Below are positions 1 to 11,391 of a stretch of 43,135 nt of DNA, piece after piece. Position 1 is the first letter of the stretch. Every line of letters starts with the position of its first letter. Under the pieces are notes generated by a model. The model made no database searches, had not been told where the DNA came from, and was given only the letters and a program-made list of their open reading frames with translations. Source of the stretch: Craspedostauros australis (Eukaryota); assembly GCA_030167865.1 (NCBI GenBank), contig JALAGF010003162.1, forward strand, positions 1-43,135. The letters are read 5' to 3'. A program made the position numbers and the translations under genes.

Positions 1-1366
1 GGGATTGATTTGAAGAAGTGGCCTTCTTTGAAGCACGTACTCCATTGGTTCTGTTAGTTGTGAAGGACACACAGACCCTACAACGAAGAGTGCCCAGATT
101 GCGCCATGAAGCAACTCCCAGATGCCTGAGACGAGATGCCAACGATTGCAATCGTCAGGTGCAGGAATGCTTTTGTTGCCGCCATTTCGGAATGCGTTCA
201 GGATGCTGGTATGCAACCCCAGCATATGGAAGAAACAACGGAGCTTCAGCTTAACAGAAATGAGAAACAAAGTCATTCACAGCCTGATACTTCGCAGGGT
301 CTGCGTGCTTGATGGTTCGAGAGGACTCAGCGTTTCCGCCATACTTCCTCGTTGTATCACGCACAGCACAGGGATATCATCAGGATGATAATCCCCATCG
401 TAATCGCAACAGTCATGATCGTCGCCGTCGTCGCCATTGTCCCAATCCAGGAGCACAATGTTGTCTGTGCTCATGTCATCACTACAATCAGGGATGATGT
501 TGTCAACGCCATCCCGTACCAACGGAAACAGCCGAGCAACTTTCACCGATTGGAGACAAGTGGAACGACGGGAAGAATCATGGACGGAACGACGGGGCGA
601 ACGAGAGAGAGGCGACATGATGCGATACTACGAGGAGGGTGAGGGTTAAAGGAGGCTGTGTACAACGGGGAGTGCGTCGTGGTTGGTTGAGGATTGGGAG
701 AATGGCTAGAGGCAAGGAAGAAGCAAACGCTGAGGGGCTCCAATCCGCCACCAGCAGTACATGTTTACAACGCACAACATCCGCGCACAAAATGTGATGT
801 GTGATTTTTGAGAGAGGAAGGTGGAAAAACCGAAGTCTGGACACCCACCCGTCAAAATCCCCGTGAATGCGAAACACGAACCAAGCACACAACGCGGAAA
901 ACTGTGAGAGGGGAAGGCTAGGGGCATCAAAGTAAGTTATATCATATCTCTTGAACCACACATTCTATGAAGCTCAAAGTCTCCAGGTATAGGTTTTAGA
1001 AGATTATGAAGACGTCTATGTGGTTTATATTGTGTTTAGAGACAACAAACCTCGAGCTCCTCACGAGGTCTCTCGATGGGGCATATGTGGTTTATCTGGA
1101 GTATGATATATCATACTCTCTCGTGCTTTTAGCTCGCGGCCATGGTGAACGATTCAGTAGTACATCATGGGACTTTGTTGTTCTGGAGACTCTCTCCAGA
1201 GAGAGGGAGGGAGAGGGACAGAGAATAACTGGGTTGACTACGTCGTATCTGTTGATGTCTTCGGAATGTAAATGTCGGAGGGTGACGGATGAATGATCTG
1301 AAAGGGAGGTTGGTGCGATGTCTCTCGCCATGATTCGGTCGAAGCATACGACTACTCGTGGGACCA

Positions 1367-3826
1367 TCACATGCTAACTTTCATACGCTTGCTTTCCGCT
1401 GTCTCGGCTGGCTTACTTGACCGTTGGATGGGCATGGTACTTTTGCCAGCACGTTTTTGTTCGTTCGCCAGCATCTCCCTCCTCTTGCGGAATCCGTGGG
1501 AAACCTTGTCTCTCGCTTCGGTGAATTCCACCTCCACCCATCCTTTTGCCCCTCGGTCCCGTCTCAAAAAGCGGCCGCTGCGTTCATTGATGAGATGGAC
1601 GACCCGCTCTGCCACGGCCATCTTGGCCCTGCGCGGTGAGATGTCGTACGTGTCGAACCATTCCGCGATCAGCTCGCGGAGGTACTGATTGCCGCTGTGG
1701 TTCTGGAACGGTCGTCCTCGTCCAAGGAGGACGTCCAGATCTGTTGGTTCGCCCGCTGGCATGGGATGCGCCGCGACGCCACCGTCACTCTCACTGTTGC
1801 TGCCATCATCGAATTCATCGCTGATGTTCGCAGCGAGAGGACTGCTGTCACCTCCACCGTAGCTGCTGTGATTGTTAGTGCGCATGATGCCATTGGCTTC
1901 GAGGGAGACAAGACTTGGGCTCCTGTTTGTGACGATGTGATGTGTGGTGTTGGCAGGATCGAGTTGTTGATTGGTGTTCACTGCCAAGTCTGTTGCCGCA
2001 ACTGGCTCAGTGTTGATGGCGTCTGCACCCACCGCACCCGCCACATCGGGCGAAGCATGGATGTTCATGCTCATGTTCATGTTCGACGTCATGTTCGCGT
2101 TCGTGTCCGTATCGGTGTTCGTGTTGACAGAGTTGGGGACGTCATCGTCGAAGGTATCGCTCAACTCGTAGCCGAGGAGCTCTGGCTGAGCCAAGCCCAG
2201 GTGATCGACGTCAATGTCATGAAGATCGTCGGGCATCGTGGTGGACGTGAATGAGTTGGCTGCTGCGTTCGATGAACTGGGTTTTTCCTCCGCAGTTGCC
2301 GAATTGTTGGTCGAAGGTTGCATCGTGATGGCAGTGCTCATGCGCGGTGATGGAGATACCACCGTTGGGACTGTGTTGGTGGCGTCGTCGCGACGAAAGG
2401 TTGGTGTCGGGGCGCGATCGAGCCCATCATCGTCGCCATCTTGTGCTGAGCTCGAAGATACGTATCGTTGGTCGAGAAATGAAGCCCGACCCGGAGTAAG
2501 GATGGAAGAGGTATCGAATTCATTCGTATTCAGGTGATGGGCAGCTTCGGATTGAGGGATGGTGGACTCAGACGTGAGCGGGCAGGAATTCGTGACGTTC
2601 CGAACAACGGTGCCACCTTGCGTGCGCTTGCGTCGTCTTCGCTCCTGCCTTTCGGCGAGGATGATCGCCTCCTGTCGCCTCACTTGCTCCAGCCACCGTT
2701 GGTGGTTGTCAGTCGCAATCCCTCCATCATCTTGGATGGGTAAGAGATCCACGGGGATCCCATAGCCTCTCAGAATGTTCTTGCATTCCTTCACAGTGCC
2801 GCTGTGCATGCGGCAACGGTGTCGAACCTTGCTGACGACGCTGAGTTGGAGGAGGTTGCTGACTTGCTGCGAGGCTTTGCCATCTTCTGCGATGAAATGA
2901 AAAGCCCGGAGTCGCAGAGGTACCGTCTCCGTCATTCTGCCGGATCGATACAGAGCCCTGCAATGCTCCATGTTGATCTTGCCAAAATCTTCATTGCCGT
3001 TGCGAATGGACACCAAGCCGCTCCTTTGCGTCTCTTCATCTCGCAACAGGACTGTGCTCAGGTAGAAGAAGCTGGTCCTGCTGGCATCCGACACGGGGAG
3101 CATGTCCAAGTCGAACTTGCAGCAGCACAAGACGGTGCGGCCGGATGAATCGCGCGTGGGCAGCACCTGCGAGCAGCCATCCGTCATCACCTCCGCAGCA
3201 TCCGCGCTGAGATCCTCCAGAGTTATGGTTTCAACGAGCAGCTCTTCCCCGAACAGCTCGAGCTTGAGCTCGAACCAATCGATTATGCGCTTCGCCGCGA
3301 TGGTGGGGTCGTACCCGTCGCATCGCAAGAACATGAGGCGAAGCTTCTCATCCTCCACGTACGATCGATCCAGCTGCTCGGCGAGGTTGTACGCTGGCTT
3401 GTCATCGATCATGTGTATCCGGACGTTCATGTCGTCGAGCTTGGCTGTCAGGAAGCTGGGCGTCTCTTCGTCAGGGTAGCTCACCCCGTGGACGTCTTCG
3501 TACACCTTTGCTCGTTCGTCCAGTCCCAGGTTGCTCATCTCCCTCTGGATGATCTCTGTGGGGTCGAATGCGTGCAGCAGATCAGACACCGATGGCGATG
3601 CTGCGTCAGCCGCTGTCGTGGCTGTCTCTGCTCCTCCTGCTGTTCCTTCTGCCGCCGCCTCGAAGGTTGTAGGAACATTGTCCAACCCGCCAATGGCTTG
3701 GGCAATGCCGTTGTGCTGGGCATCTCTCTGCATCTCGCCAGTATAGTGCGTGTTATCGTTTGGAGCAGTCTGCTCTTGGCGATGCTTGCGTCTGAGATCG
3801 TGAAGCTGCTTTCCAACCTCCGCCAT
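1367..3826 (-). CDS. CRAL-TRIO/Sec14-like domain + C-terminal DUF6824-type domain protein (819 aa, intronless)
   Basis: Uninterrupted 819-codon ORF from an ATG. N-terminal half has LRLMFLRCDGYDPTIAAKRI (CRAL-TRIO_N-like), RDSSGRTV and YGIPVDLLP (Sec14-like landmarks). Basic RRRRKR stretch follows. C-terminus has DVLLGRG..NHSGN..LRELI..GRFL..WVEV..ARDKVSHGFR, the DUF6824 pattern. Confidence 0.85.
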   Translation of the reverse strand: MAEVGKQLHDLRRKHRQEQTAPNDNTHYTGEMQRDAQHNGIAQAIGGLDNVPTTFEAAAEGTAGGAETATTAADAASPSVSDLLHAFDPTEIIQREMSNLGLDERAKVYEDVHGVSYPDEETPSFLTAKLDDMNVRIHMIDDKPAYNLAEQLDRSYVEDEKLRLMFLRCDGYDPTIAAKRIIDWFELKLELFGEELLVETITLEDLSADAAEVMTDGCSQVLPTRDSSGRTVLCCCKFDLDMLPVSDASRTSFFYLSTVLLRDEETQRSGLVSIRNGNEDFGKINMEHCRALYRSGRMTETVPLRLRAFHFIAEDGKASQQVSNLLQLSVVSKVRHRCRMHSGTVKECKNILRGYGIPVDLLPIQDDGGIATDNHQRWLEQVRRQEAIILAERQERRRRKRTQGGTVVRNVTNSCPLTSESTIPQSEAAHHLNTNEFDTSSILTPGRASFLDQRYVSSSSAQDGDDDGLDRAPTPTFRRDDATNTVPTVVSPSPRMSTAITMQPSTNNSATAEEKPSSSNAAANSFTSTTMPDDLHDIDVDHLGLAQPELLGYELSDTFDDDVPNSVNTNTDTDTNANMTSNMNMSMNIHASPDVAGAVGADAINTEPVAATDLAVNTNQQLDPANTTHHIVTNRSPSLVSLEANGIMRTNNHSSYGGGDSSPLAANISDEFDDGSNSESDGGVAAHPMPAGEPTDLDVLLGRGRPFQNHSGNQYLRELIAEWFDTYDISPRRAKMAVAERVVHLINERSGRFLRRDRGAKGWVEVEFTEARDKVSHGFRKRREMLANEQKRAGKSTMPIQRSSKPAETAESKRMKVSM

Positions 3827-4714
3827 TGTCTCGTGATGTCTCGTGTTCTCGCTGTCGTGGCTGCTATTGGTATTAGTACTACTACAAGTATTAGTATTAG
3901 TATTAGTCCAATAATAGTAGAATAGAATATTTGGACAGTACGACTATGCTCAACTTGCGTACGCGTTCAACTTGTGTACACACCAGTTTATGGTTGATGT
4001 TGCCGACGACCCAATTCTGCTGACAACGACTTGCCCTGGCGCAGGCGGTATCGCTTCGATTGTGCTCATCCTTCTGTGCTCTTGGGAGACTTCAACAGCT
4101 CCGGCATGACACTCCTTTCCCGTCGGGTAGACCAGGGTTGTCTTTGCAGAGTGGGGATCTCTCCTCCGCTCAAGGTGCCCATCGCGACCACTTGCCCCCT
4201 TTGTTGTTCATGTCACAACCGCCTCCTTGTTGGGTGTTCGTAGAACTTCTTTGGAAAGTTCGATCTCGATCTTTGTCGCGAACTCTTGTGATACCAAAAA
4301 AACCTTCGGAGTTTCCGTCTGTCCTCCATACGTCGAGGCAATGGAAGGGTGTCCATTCAACAGTCTTCTTCTGGCTTCGTTCTGCTTCTTTTCCTTGTCT
4401 GGTTTCTCTTTCGTCGGCGTTCTTTTGGAGACGATCACATTGAATCGAATGGGTCAAATGTCGACAAATGTGGTTTGAAGACGTCTTCCACGAGCAAGTC
4501 TAGATTGATGGTCCTCATTCGTTTCTTGGCGCATGCACTCAGAACTCATGTGCCGTGCGATACAGTCAAGCTCATACACCATTAAAGAGTGGCCTCTACT
4601 CGTATCAGCGTACGATGAAATGATGGATGGGGAGGTTGGTGATGTTGAATCCGCAGAGTTCCCAATCACGGAGGCGCAAACAGTCGGTACCGTGCATGAC
4701 CCTCATCGACACGC

Positions 4715-6571
4715 TCAATGGTGATGATCGTGGCTGTGCGCATCCTGCGTCCACTGGATGGATTTGAGGTCGATGCCTTCCTGCACCATCTCCCACAACG
4801 GGCTCATCTCCCGCAGCCGCGCCACGTGCGTCTCCAACAGATCCAGCACAAAATCAATCTCATCCTCCGACGTGTAACGGCCGATTCCGAATCGCAAACT
4901 GCTGTGCGCCAACTCGTCGTCGATGCCCAATGATCGCAGGACGTAGCTTGGCTCCAACGAGGCCGACGTGCAGGCAGATCCCGAGCTGACCGCGATGTTC
5001 TTGAGCGACATGAGCAAGCTCTCGCCCTCGACGTAGGCGAAACTGTAGTTGAGACATCCTGGGTAGTTGTAGATCGGATCGCCGTTGCGCGTGACCTCAG
5101 GGATGCGTTCCTCGATGCCCTTCCTCAGCTTCTCGGATAGGTACGTGATCCATGCGTGGTCATGCTCGTATTCCTTCTGCGCCAGCTCGCACGCCTCGCC
5201 GAATCCCACGCAAAGGAAGTGCGGCAGGGTGCCGGAACGCAATCCGCGCTCCTGACCGCCACCGGAGAACAGGGGTTCGAGACGCACGCGCGGACGGCGA
5301 CGCACGTAGAGGGCGCCGATGCCCTTTGGTCCGTAGATCTTGTGGGATGACATGCTCATGAGATCGACTTGCATTTCGTTGACATCGATGGGCAGCTTTC
5401 CAACCATCTGCGCGGCATCGCAGTGGAAGACGATCTTTTTGGATCGGCAGAGCTTGCCGAGCTCGGCGATTGGCTGGAGGGTGCCGATCTCGTTGTTGAC
5501 GGCCATGACACTGGCAAGGATGGTGTCGTCACGGATGGCCGCCTTGAATTCGTCCATGTTGATGCGGCCTGTGCCATGCTCGACCGGGAGGTAGGTGACT
5601 TCGTAGCCCTCCATCTCGAGCGAACGGCAGGAATCCAGAACGCACTTGTGCTCTGTCTGGGTGGTGATGATGTGCTTGCCGCGCTTCTTGTAGAAGTGCG
5701 CGGCGCCCTTGATGGAGAGGTTGTTGGATTCGGTGGCACCGCTGGTGAAGATGATTTCCTTTGGACTGGCTTTGATGAGGTTGGCCACCTGGGTGCGGGC
5801 GGTCTCCACCACCTTCTCTGCCTCCCATCCGAACGCATGGGTCCGGCTGTGCGGGTTGCCGTACGACCCGATCTGTTATCCACGCCAACAACAACAACAA
5901 CAACACCGCCAACGCGTTCATTCACGCGAGCCGTTCACAAGGAATGCAGAAACGCCGGAGAGTTCGAAAGTTCAGTTCCAACGTTCGGAGTACAAGCAGA
6001 AGCAGAAGCGGCCCAGGGCAGTAGCAAGGTCAGTGGCGGTGCCAGAACATGAATGGAAAGAAGAGGAGAGTATAGTACAGGAAAGAACATTGATCGACAG
6101 TCGGGGAAAGTGATGCAATAGTGACGAAGTAGTGATGCAATGCATGCAACGTCGCCGAGATGGTGACCCCCCCCCCCAACACATACAATAGCTGTTCGAA
6201 CGTACCATGAATGGTGCCATGGCGTCCATCACGCGCGGATCCAGCGGGGTTGTGGCACTGAGATCCAAGTAGGCCGCGCGTCCCTCCTTGAAGCTGCCCT
6301 TGATGGAGAAGCCACCGTCGGACTCATGCAGCAGGGATTCGGGGACCTCCAGATCGGTGCGGTATCGCTTGTCGTGCTGCATCTGCTCGTGCGAGAACGT
6401 GGCGTGGGTTTCGGCATCGTCCGTGGTGGATGCGGCGTTGCTGAACAGGCGGGTTCCGGCGACGTTGCTCGATGCTGCTGCGGGCAGTTGCTTGGTGGCG
6501 CCACCCGCAGCACGAGACAGGCTCTGCGCCGCGCGGCGGGATGTGTTGGAGCGGAGCGAACGCGAGAGCAT
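4715..6571 (-). CDS. NFS1: Mitochondrial cysteine desulfurase (IscS/NFS1), 2 exons: 6571-6206 and 5872-4715; about 507 aa
   Basis: Arg/Ser-rich presequence [13 protein letters not shown]. Motifs [49 protein letters not shown] (PLP lysine), [10 protein letters not shown] (catalytic Cys) and [10 protein letters not shown]. Phase-0 intron 6205-5873 (GTACG...AACAG) joins APFM to IGSYGNPH in frame. Confidence 0.96.
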
Positions 6572-6670
6572 CTTGCAGAGCAGCTCTTTGTTGGCCTGGT
6601 CTGGTAGTCGTATGCTTGTGGGCGTGCTGGTGAGACCTAGAGACGTGAGCAGAGTACTTGGTCTGCAGAC

Positions 6671-6692
6671 GGATGGATGGATGGATGGATGG
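6671..6692. repeat. (GGAT)n microsatellite upstream of NFS1
   Basis: ggatggatggatggatggatgg read directly. Confidence 0.9.
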
Positions 6693-7078
6693 GTGGAATG
6701 AATGTTGTGATGATACCAACCGGTCGTACGCAAGAGAGGGAGGTTGACGATGTTGGTGATTGATGCTCCACTTCTTCTTGTGGTGGTGCTTCTCTCTTGT
6801 TGATGTGTTTCGTTGTGTGGTTCTTTCCACCATCTGCTGACGTCAACGTGGGCGAATTCTTTGGTGATCTCTAGTTCGCTTCCGCAGACTACAGAAAGAA
6901 ACGTTCCTTGTCCAACACTTGTCCGTTGTCTTGGGAGCGTAGTTCGCAGAGTATTCTGTAGTTGGTGTCTCTATTTTCTGTTTGGTCTTATTCAATTCGT
7001 TTCAGTTCAATCAAAGTGGAGTACTCTAATGACCACATCACCACCATCACCTTCAACGATCACCTTCGATAATCATCT

Positions 7079-10000
7079 TCAAGGACGCAGGTAGGTTTCG
7101 AGCAAGATCAGAGCGGGTGGAATTCCTGGCGATCCGAAATCTTCAATGTCGTTGTTGGCCTCGGAAAGGACGTCGTACAGATCCGTCTCCAGCAAGAACA
7201 GCGTCTGGAATGGTGGCTGATCGCCGAACACGACGCGCATGTTGGTGTTGTTTACGGCTTTGCGTGCTCCCAGCGGCGAGTCTTGGACTGGCTGGCCCGC
7301 CATCAGCGATTCCACGATGGAGAGGTGTCCGATGTCATCGTGGTCACGCGCTGCCGCGGCCTCGTCGTACCAGAGAGGCGTCGATCCCAGCAGCGAGGTT
7401 GACTTGGGAGTTGCGTTGCGATTGCGCAGGGCCATCCAGACATCGCGGCAGTTTTCCCACTTGGGGTTGAAGGATTGGTTCGGTGGTCGGATGCCGCGGG
7501 CGTTGGGATGCAGCACGCCGACGGCGATATCTTGCACGGGCTCGAGCGTGGTCACGTCTCTCACGATGATGTGCAGCAGCACGCGCCCGGCGGAACCGCG
7601 GTTTCTCACGAACTGCTCGTTGAGGATGGGGTTGTCACCGACACGGCTGCGTCCGAAGTACTTCCAGGGGGCCGTGTTGGTGCTGTTGGGCCCACCGATC
7701 GTGGATGCAGAGTAGATGGACAGGGCCTCGCTCGCGCCACTTCGCACGCGTCCAGTCATGGGGATTGGGGCAAAGCTTTCACTGCCGCCTGCACTGTGAT
7801 CAAAGGTATCTCCCGACAGAAGATCAGGATGACGATACGGCACACCCAAGGTGGGGTGCCTGGCACCATTCCACCATGTCCTGGGAAAGCGCACATGCTG
7901 GCTGCAGAGCGACTGCCACAAATCGCCGGCTTTGACGGCATGGGCAAAACCGGCATCGTTGCGCTTCATCTGGATGTATTGCGGTCCGACAGGAGACGTA
8001 ACATCATCGATGAAAGGGCAGTGATATGGTTCGCCTCGATGGGCATTCTGCGATGGCTGTGCATGAGTATTGCGCAGCGTTTGCATCTGGGCTTGATCGC
8101 TGGTGGAGTTCTTGACGTTGCAAATGTCTGCGGAAGAAGGGAATGCTGATGGCAAGACCCATTTGTCGATGTACGTGGCGGGGCGGTTGATGTCACACCC
8201 TTGCCGGTCGATGCCGAACGTGTTCAGGCTTTGCTGCCCTGGCGCACAGGCCGAGAGTGTCGAGTGGTGAGGTGATGGCGGCAGTGGCTGGCTTCTGGGT
8301 GTGTTGCTTCGATTGTTGCCGTCGTCAGTTCGGACTTGCTGTGCTTGGCTGGGACTCTCGACGCCGTTGTGGGCAAGGAATGGTGCGAAGGCAGCTTCGT
8401 GGCCGTTGTGTGACAAATGGATCTGATCTTCGGACACGGACACAGACAGCGAGAGAGACCCCAGCACGCGTTGATTGGCCGCGGAAGCTTGCAGAGCTTC
8501 CACTTCGCCAAGCGGCATGGCGTCTGCCACGCTTTCTCCGACAAGCTGCGTCAAGTCGGTTGTGGAGGTGTCTTGTGAAATAGACAGTGGTTGTTCTGAA
8601 TGGCCCACCTCATCGTAGGAAACGTCCACATCTAGTTGTGGATCTTGCGACTTCACCTCCTGCTCCCGCTGTTGTTGCTGCTGCTCGCTCTCATCTCGTT
8701 CCTGTTCTGGATGTTCGATGGGATCTTCGTCCTGATGATTTTGCAGACGACGATTGTGACGCCACTGCTGCAAACTGCCTCCGCCCTTCGTTTCAACGTG
8801 GCGATTTGGCTGCGAAGAGGATGACGGTGATGACGATGAAGGCGATGGAACCGGTGACCGCGACGACGATGCGGAAGACGTCGATACGGTGATCACACGG
8901 ACATCGGCCTTCTTGGAGTTGGGCAACGAATCGACTCTGTGGATTTCCAGCTGGCGTTGGAACTGCGAGTTCTCCTCGCTGTCCTCCAGATCTTCCAACT
9001 CCTGCATCTCTTGGATGGGTTCCAAGATGGGCGCCAAGAGCTCGCGATCGAAGTACCCGTTGTCCTCGCTGGCGCTGTCTTCGGTTTCGTCGTGGATGTG
9101 GATGTTTCCGAGGAGGCTGTTGAACTGCTGCTGCTGGTCCTCCCGCTTCTTCTGCATGTCCAGAGCGCTGCGTGGTGATGCCGCAGCCGCAGCAGCTGCG
9201 ATTGCCGCCACGATCTCGGCTTCGGCGTCCGCCATCGTGGCATCGCCGTTCACAAATTGGTTGTGATGATTGGTATTGCCTTTGGCGTAGATACTGTTTT
9301 GAATGCTCTGCTCGTTGTCCGCCGCTGGGAAGAAGTGACGTGCTTGCCGTTGCTGATGATGTTCGATGGTGTTGCTGCCTGTTCCGCTGCCGTAGAAGGC
9401 TGTGGTTCCACCCGTGATGGAGCTGACGAAGCCACTGTCGTTGCTACGCAGACGGCGCATCGTGATGAGCTCCATCTCCGTGCCCATCTGCTGTTGACTT
9501 GGGAAGCTGTCGACCATACCACCATGATGATCATTGACGTGCGGTGCCGCATCCAAAGCCTCCGAGGGAGAGCCAAAGTTGTTCTGCATGATCTGATCGA
9601 GCATGGCAGCATCATCCAGGCTTGGCTGTTGCTGACGTTGTCGTTTCTGCTTCGTGTTGCTGGGAGAATCGGTGTCACCTAGCAACTGGCGTCGCAGCAT
9701 CTGAGCTCCGCGAAGAATGTTGTTGTCAGACGAGATGGCATTGCTCTCGGGTTCGTTTGGAGCCACGCTTCCATCCTGATTGTGGAAACGGGGCGATCCG
9801 CTGAGGGTCGACATATCTCCATTGTCGGCGCTGCTGGAATCCAACCCGTGATGTCCAATGGAGGGCATGGGCGATTTGGCATGGTTCTGATGCTCCGTTG
9901 CGATGATGACATTCTGGATGAGAGCATCGCGTTTGGAGACTTTCGATTTTCGCCGTCTGCTTCTGCTTTTCGCGGGCGAGGCGGACGACGATGGCGGTGG

Positions 10001-10339
10001 TGGGGTGCGGGGCGCTGACCGTGCCTGCGGATGGTGGACGGGTCTCGACGCGCTGCCTCCAGTCTCCACGCTGAGTCGCGGTGGTCTCCGAGTATGGAAG
10101 GCCCTGGTTGCATGGGCGCCATACCGTTCCGGCGAGGGCGATGGGGAGGCCGTGGACACAGAATGGTGGGAGGTTGAGGAGGTGGAGGTCGAGGAGACCT
10201 TGGCGAGCACCGGGAGGTCGAAATCCATGCGGTCATGGTAGATGCCAGGCGGTTCTGATGGCATGGGTTGTGGGTTTTGGCTGCCTACGGTAGAATGCAT
10301 CGAATGCGGATCAGTGTGTCTTAGCATTGGTTCCATCAT
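7079..10339 (-). CDS. Uncharacterised 1086-aa protein: long low-complexity S/Q/H-rich N-terminus plus a globular-looking C-terminal ~290 aa
   Basis: 1086-codon open frame from an ATG. The C-terminal part has ordinary globular composition (LWQSLCSQHVRFPRTWW, GRVLLHIIVRD, HPNARGIR, RDVWMA, NMRVVFG). No family recognised. Confidence 0.8.
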   Translation of the reverse strand: MMEPMLRHTDPHSMHSTVGSQNPQPMPSEPPGIYHDRMDFDLPVLAKVSSTSTSSTSHHSVSTASPSPSPERYGAHATRAFHTRRPPRLSVETGGSASRPVHHPQARSAPRTPPPPSSSASPAKSRSRRRKSKVSKRDALIQNVIIATEHQNHAKSPMPSIGHHGLDSSSADNGDMSTLSGSPRFHNQDGSVAPNEPESNAISSDNNILRGAQMLRRQLLGDTDSPSNTKQKRQRQQQPSLDDAAMLDQIMQNNFGSPSEALDAAPHVNDHHGGMVDSFPSQQQMGTEMELITMRRLRSNDSGFVSSITGGTTAFYGSGTGSNTIEHHQQRQARHFFPAADNEQSIQNSIYAKGNTNHHNQFVNGDATMADAEAEIVAAIAAAAAAASPRSALDMQKKREDQQQQFNSLLGNIHIHDETEDSASEDNGYFDRELLAPILEPIQEMQELEDLEDSEENSQFQRQLEIHRVDSLPNSKKADVRVITVSTSSASSSRSPVPSPSSSSPSSSSQPNRHVETKGGGSLQQWRHNRRLQNHQDEDPIEHPEQERDESEQQQQQREQEVKSQDPQLDVDVSYDEVGHSEQPLSISQDTSTTDLTQLVGESVADAMPLGEVEALQASAANQRVLGSLSLSVSVSEDQIHLSHNGHEAAFAPFLAHNGVESPSQAQQVRTDDGNNRSNTPRSQPLPPSPHHSTLSACAPGQQSLNTFGIDRQGCDINRPATYIDKWVLPSAFPSSADICNVKNSTSDQAQMQTLRNTHAQPSQNAHRGEPYHCPFIDDVTSPVGPQYIQMKRNDAGFAHAVKAGDLWQSLCSQHVRFPRTWWNGARHPTLGVPYRHPDLLSGDTFDHSAGGSESFAPIPMTGRVRSGASEALSIYSASTIGGPNSTNTAPWKYFGRSRVGDNPILNEQFVRNRGSAGRVLLHIIVRDVTTLEPVQDIAVGVLHPNARGIRPPNQSFNPKWENCRDVWMALRNRNATPKSTSLLGSTPLWYDEAAAARDHDDIGHLSIVESLMAGQPVQDSPLGARKAVNNTNMRVVFGDQPPFQTLFLLETDLYDVLSEANNDIEDFGSPGIPPALILLETYLRP

Positions 10340-11365
10340 GGTTGCTATCGATCAGTGCAATCCGTTCTTCTTGCGACTGACGCTTGTGTTGCTCTGGAAC
10401 TTGCGCTGTTGCTTGCACTGCCACTTGCACTATTTTTGTGACGTGCTCGCAGAGGAGTCGGTGTCAGCAATTTGTTGGTGGGATGGCACAGCAACGTGAA
10501 TGATGCCCACCCGTCTTTCACTGTGCTGGTGTTACTGCTGCTGTTACTGCTGGTGATGGCGTTGATATGTTTGAGGCCGTTGACGTTGTGGGATCAGTGG
10601 CAATAACGAAAGAATGGTGGAGCAGAGCGCACTATTCTGCAGTATAACGCTGTGTCAAGCGCAAAGCAGTCACGGAAGGAGCACCAACGAATGGCGATTT
10701 TGTGTGCAAAGCGGTGTGTGCCTGTGCAAATGGATGTGTGTGTATCCGTATGCTGCGCAGTGCCAGTGCGTGCCTTTGAACTTCGTTGTGGGTTGTTGAC
10801 TGGGGCGTTCGTGTGTGTATCACTCGTCCGATGCCTTTTTGATGAGTTTTGAATGTGCTTGTATGTGTCTTTGTTTGTCTTTGGCTTCGTTTGTGTTTGT
10901 GTCTGCGTCTGGCTGGTTGCTGCTGGCTTTGAGGAAGCCAGTCAAAATCGAACCTGCTTGCAAGTCTTCACTTGGCAAACGGATGCTTTGGCCTCGTGCT
11001 GACAATGGTCTGCAATGGGAGCTTGGTGGGATTGTTGCGACAGGAGGCAAAAGAAGACGAGCTGAGATGATGGCTCAACGCAATGAACCCGAAGGGATGG
11101 GACGCAATTGTGTACGCGTGACAGATGTGCACTCTGTTGCGCCACCACTGTCTTGGGATTGTGTCGTGGTCGAATGCTGTGTTCCGCCTCCTCTGCTCTC
11201 TTCGCAGATGTCGAATGACGAAGGGCACTGCGTGTTCCGGCGTTGTCGTCGTCGTCTCTCTCTCTCTTGTTCTCTTGCTCTCGGTTCTGGTTTCAGAGGA
11301 TGTTGGTGGGTGCAGCTCGTCTGTCTCAAGGGGATTGGTGTATGGCAAAGAGGAACACGTAGTGG

Positions 11366-11391
11366 AGAGTAGAGTAGAGTAGAGCAGAGTA
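11366..11391. repeat. (AGAGT)n pentanucleotide microsatellite
   Basis: agagtagagtagagtagagcagagta read directly. Confidence 0.85.

Noticed and set aside
1..618. Possible 5' part of a minus-strand gene (MSTDNIVLLDWD..., candidate intron 344-250)
   Set aside because: Splicing at the best GT/AG leads to a TGA after ~30 codons and no frame gives a recognisable protein. There is no support for selenocysteine readthrough.
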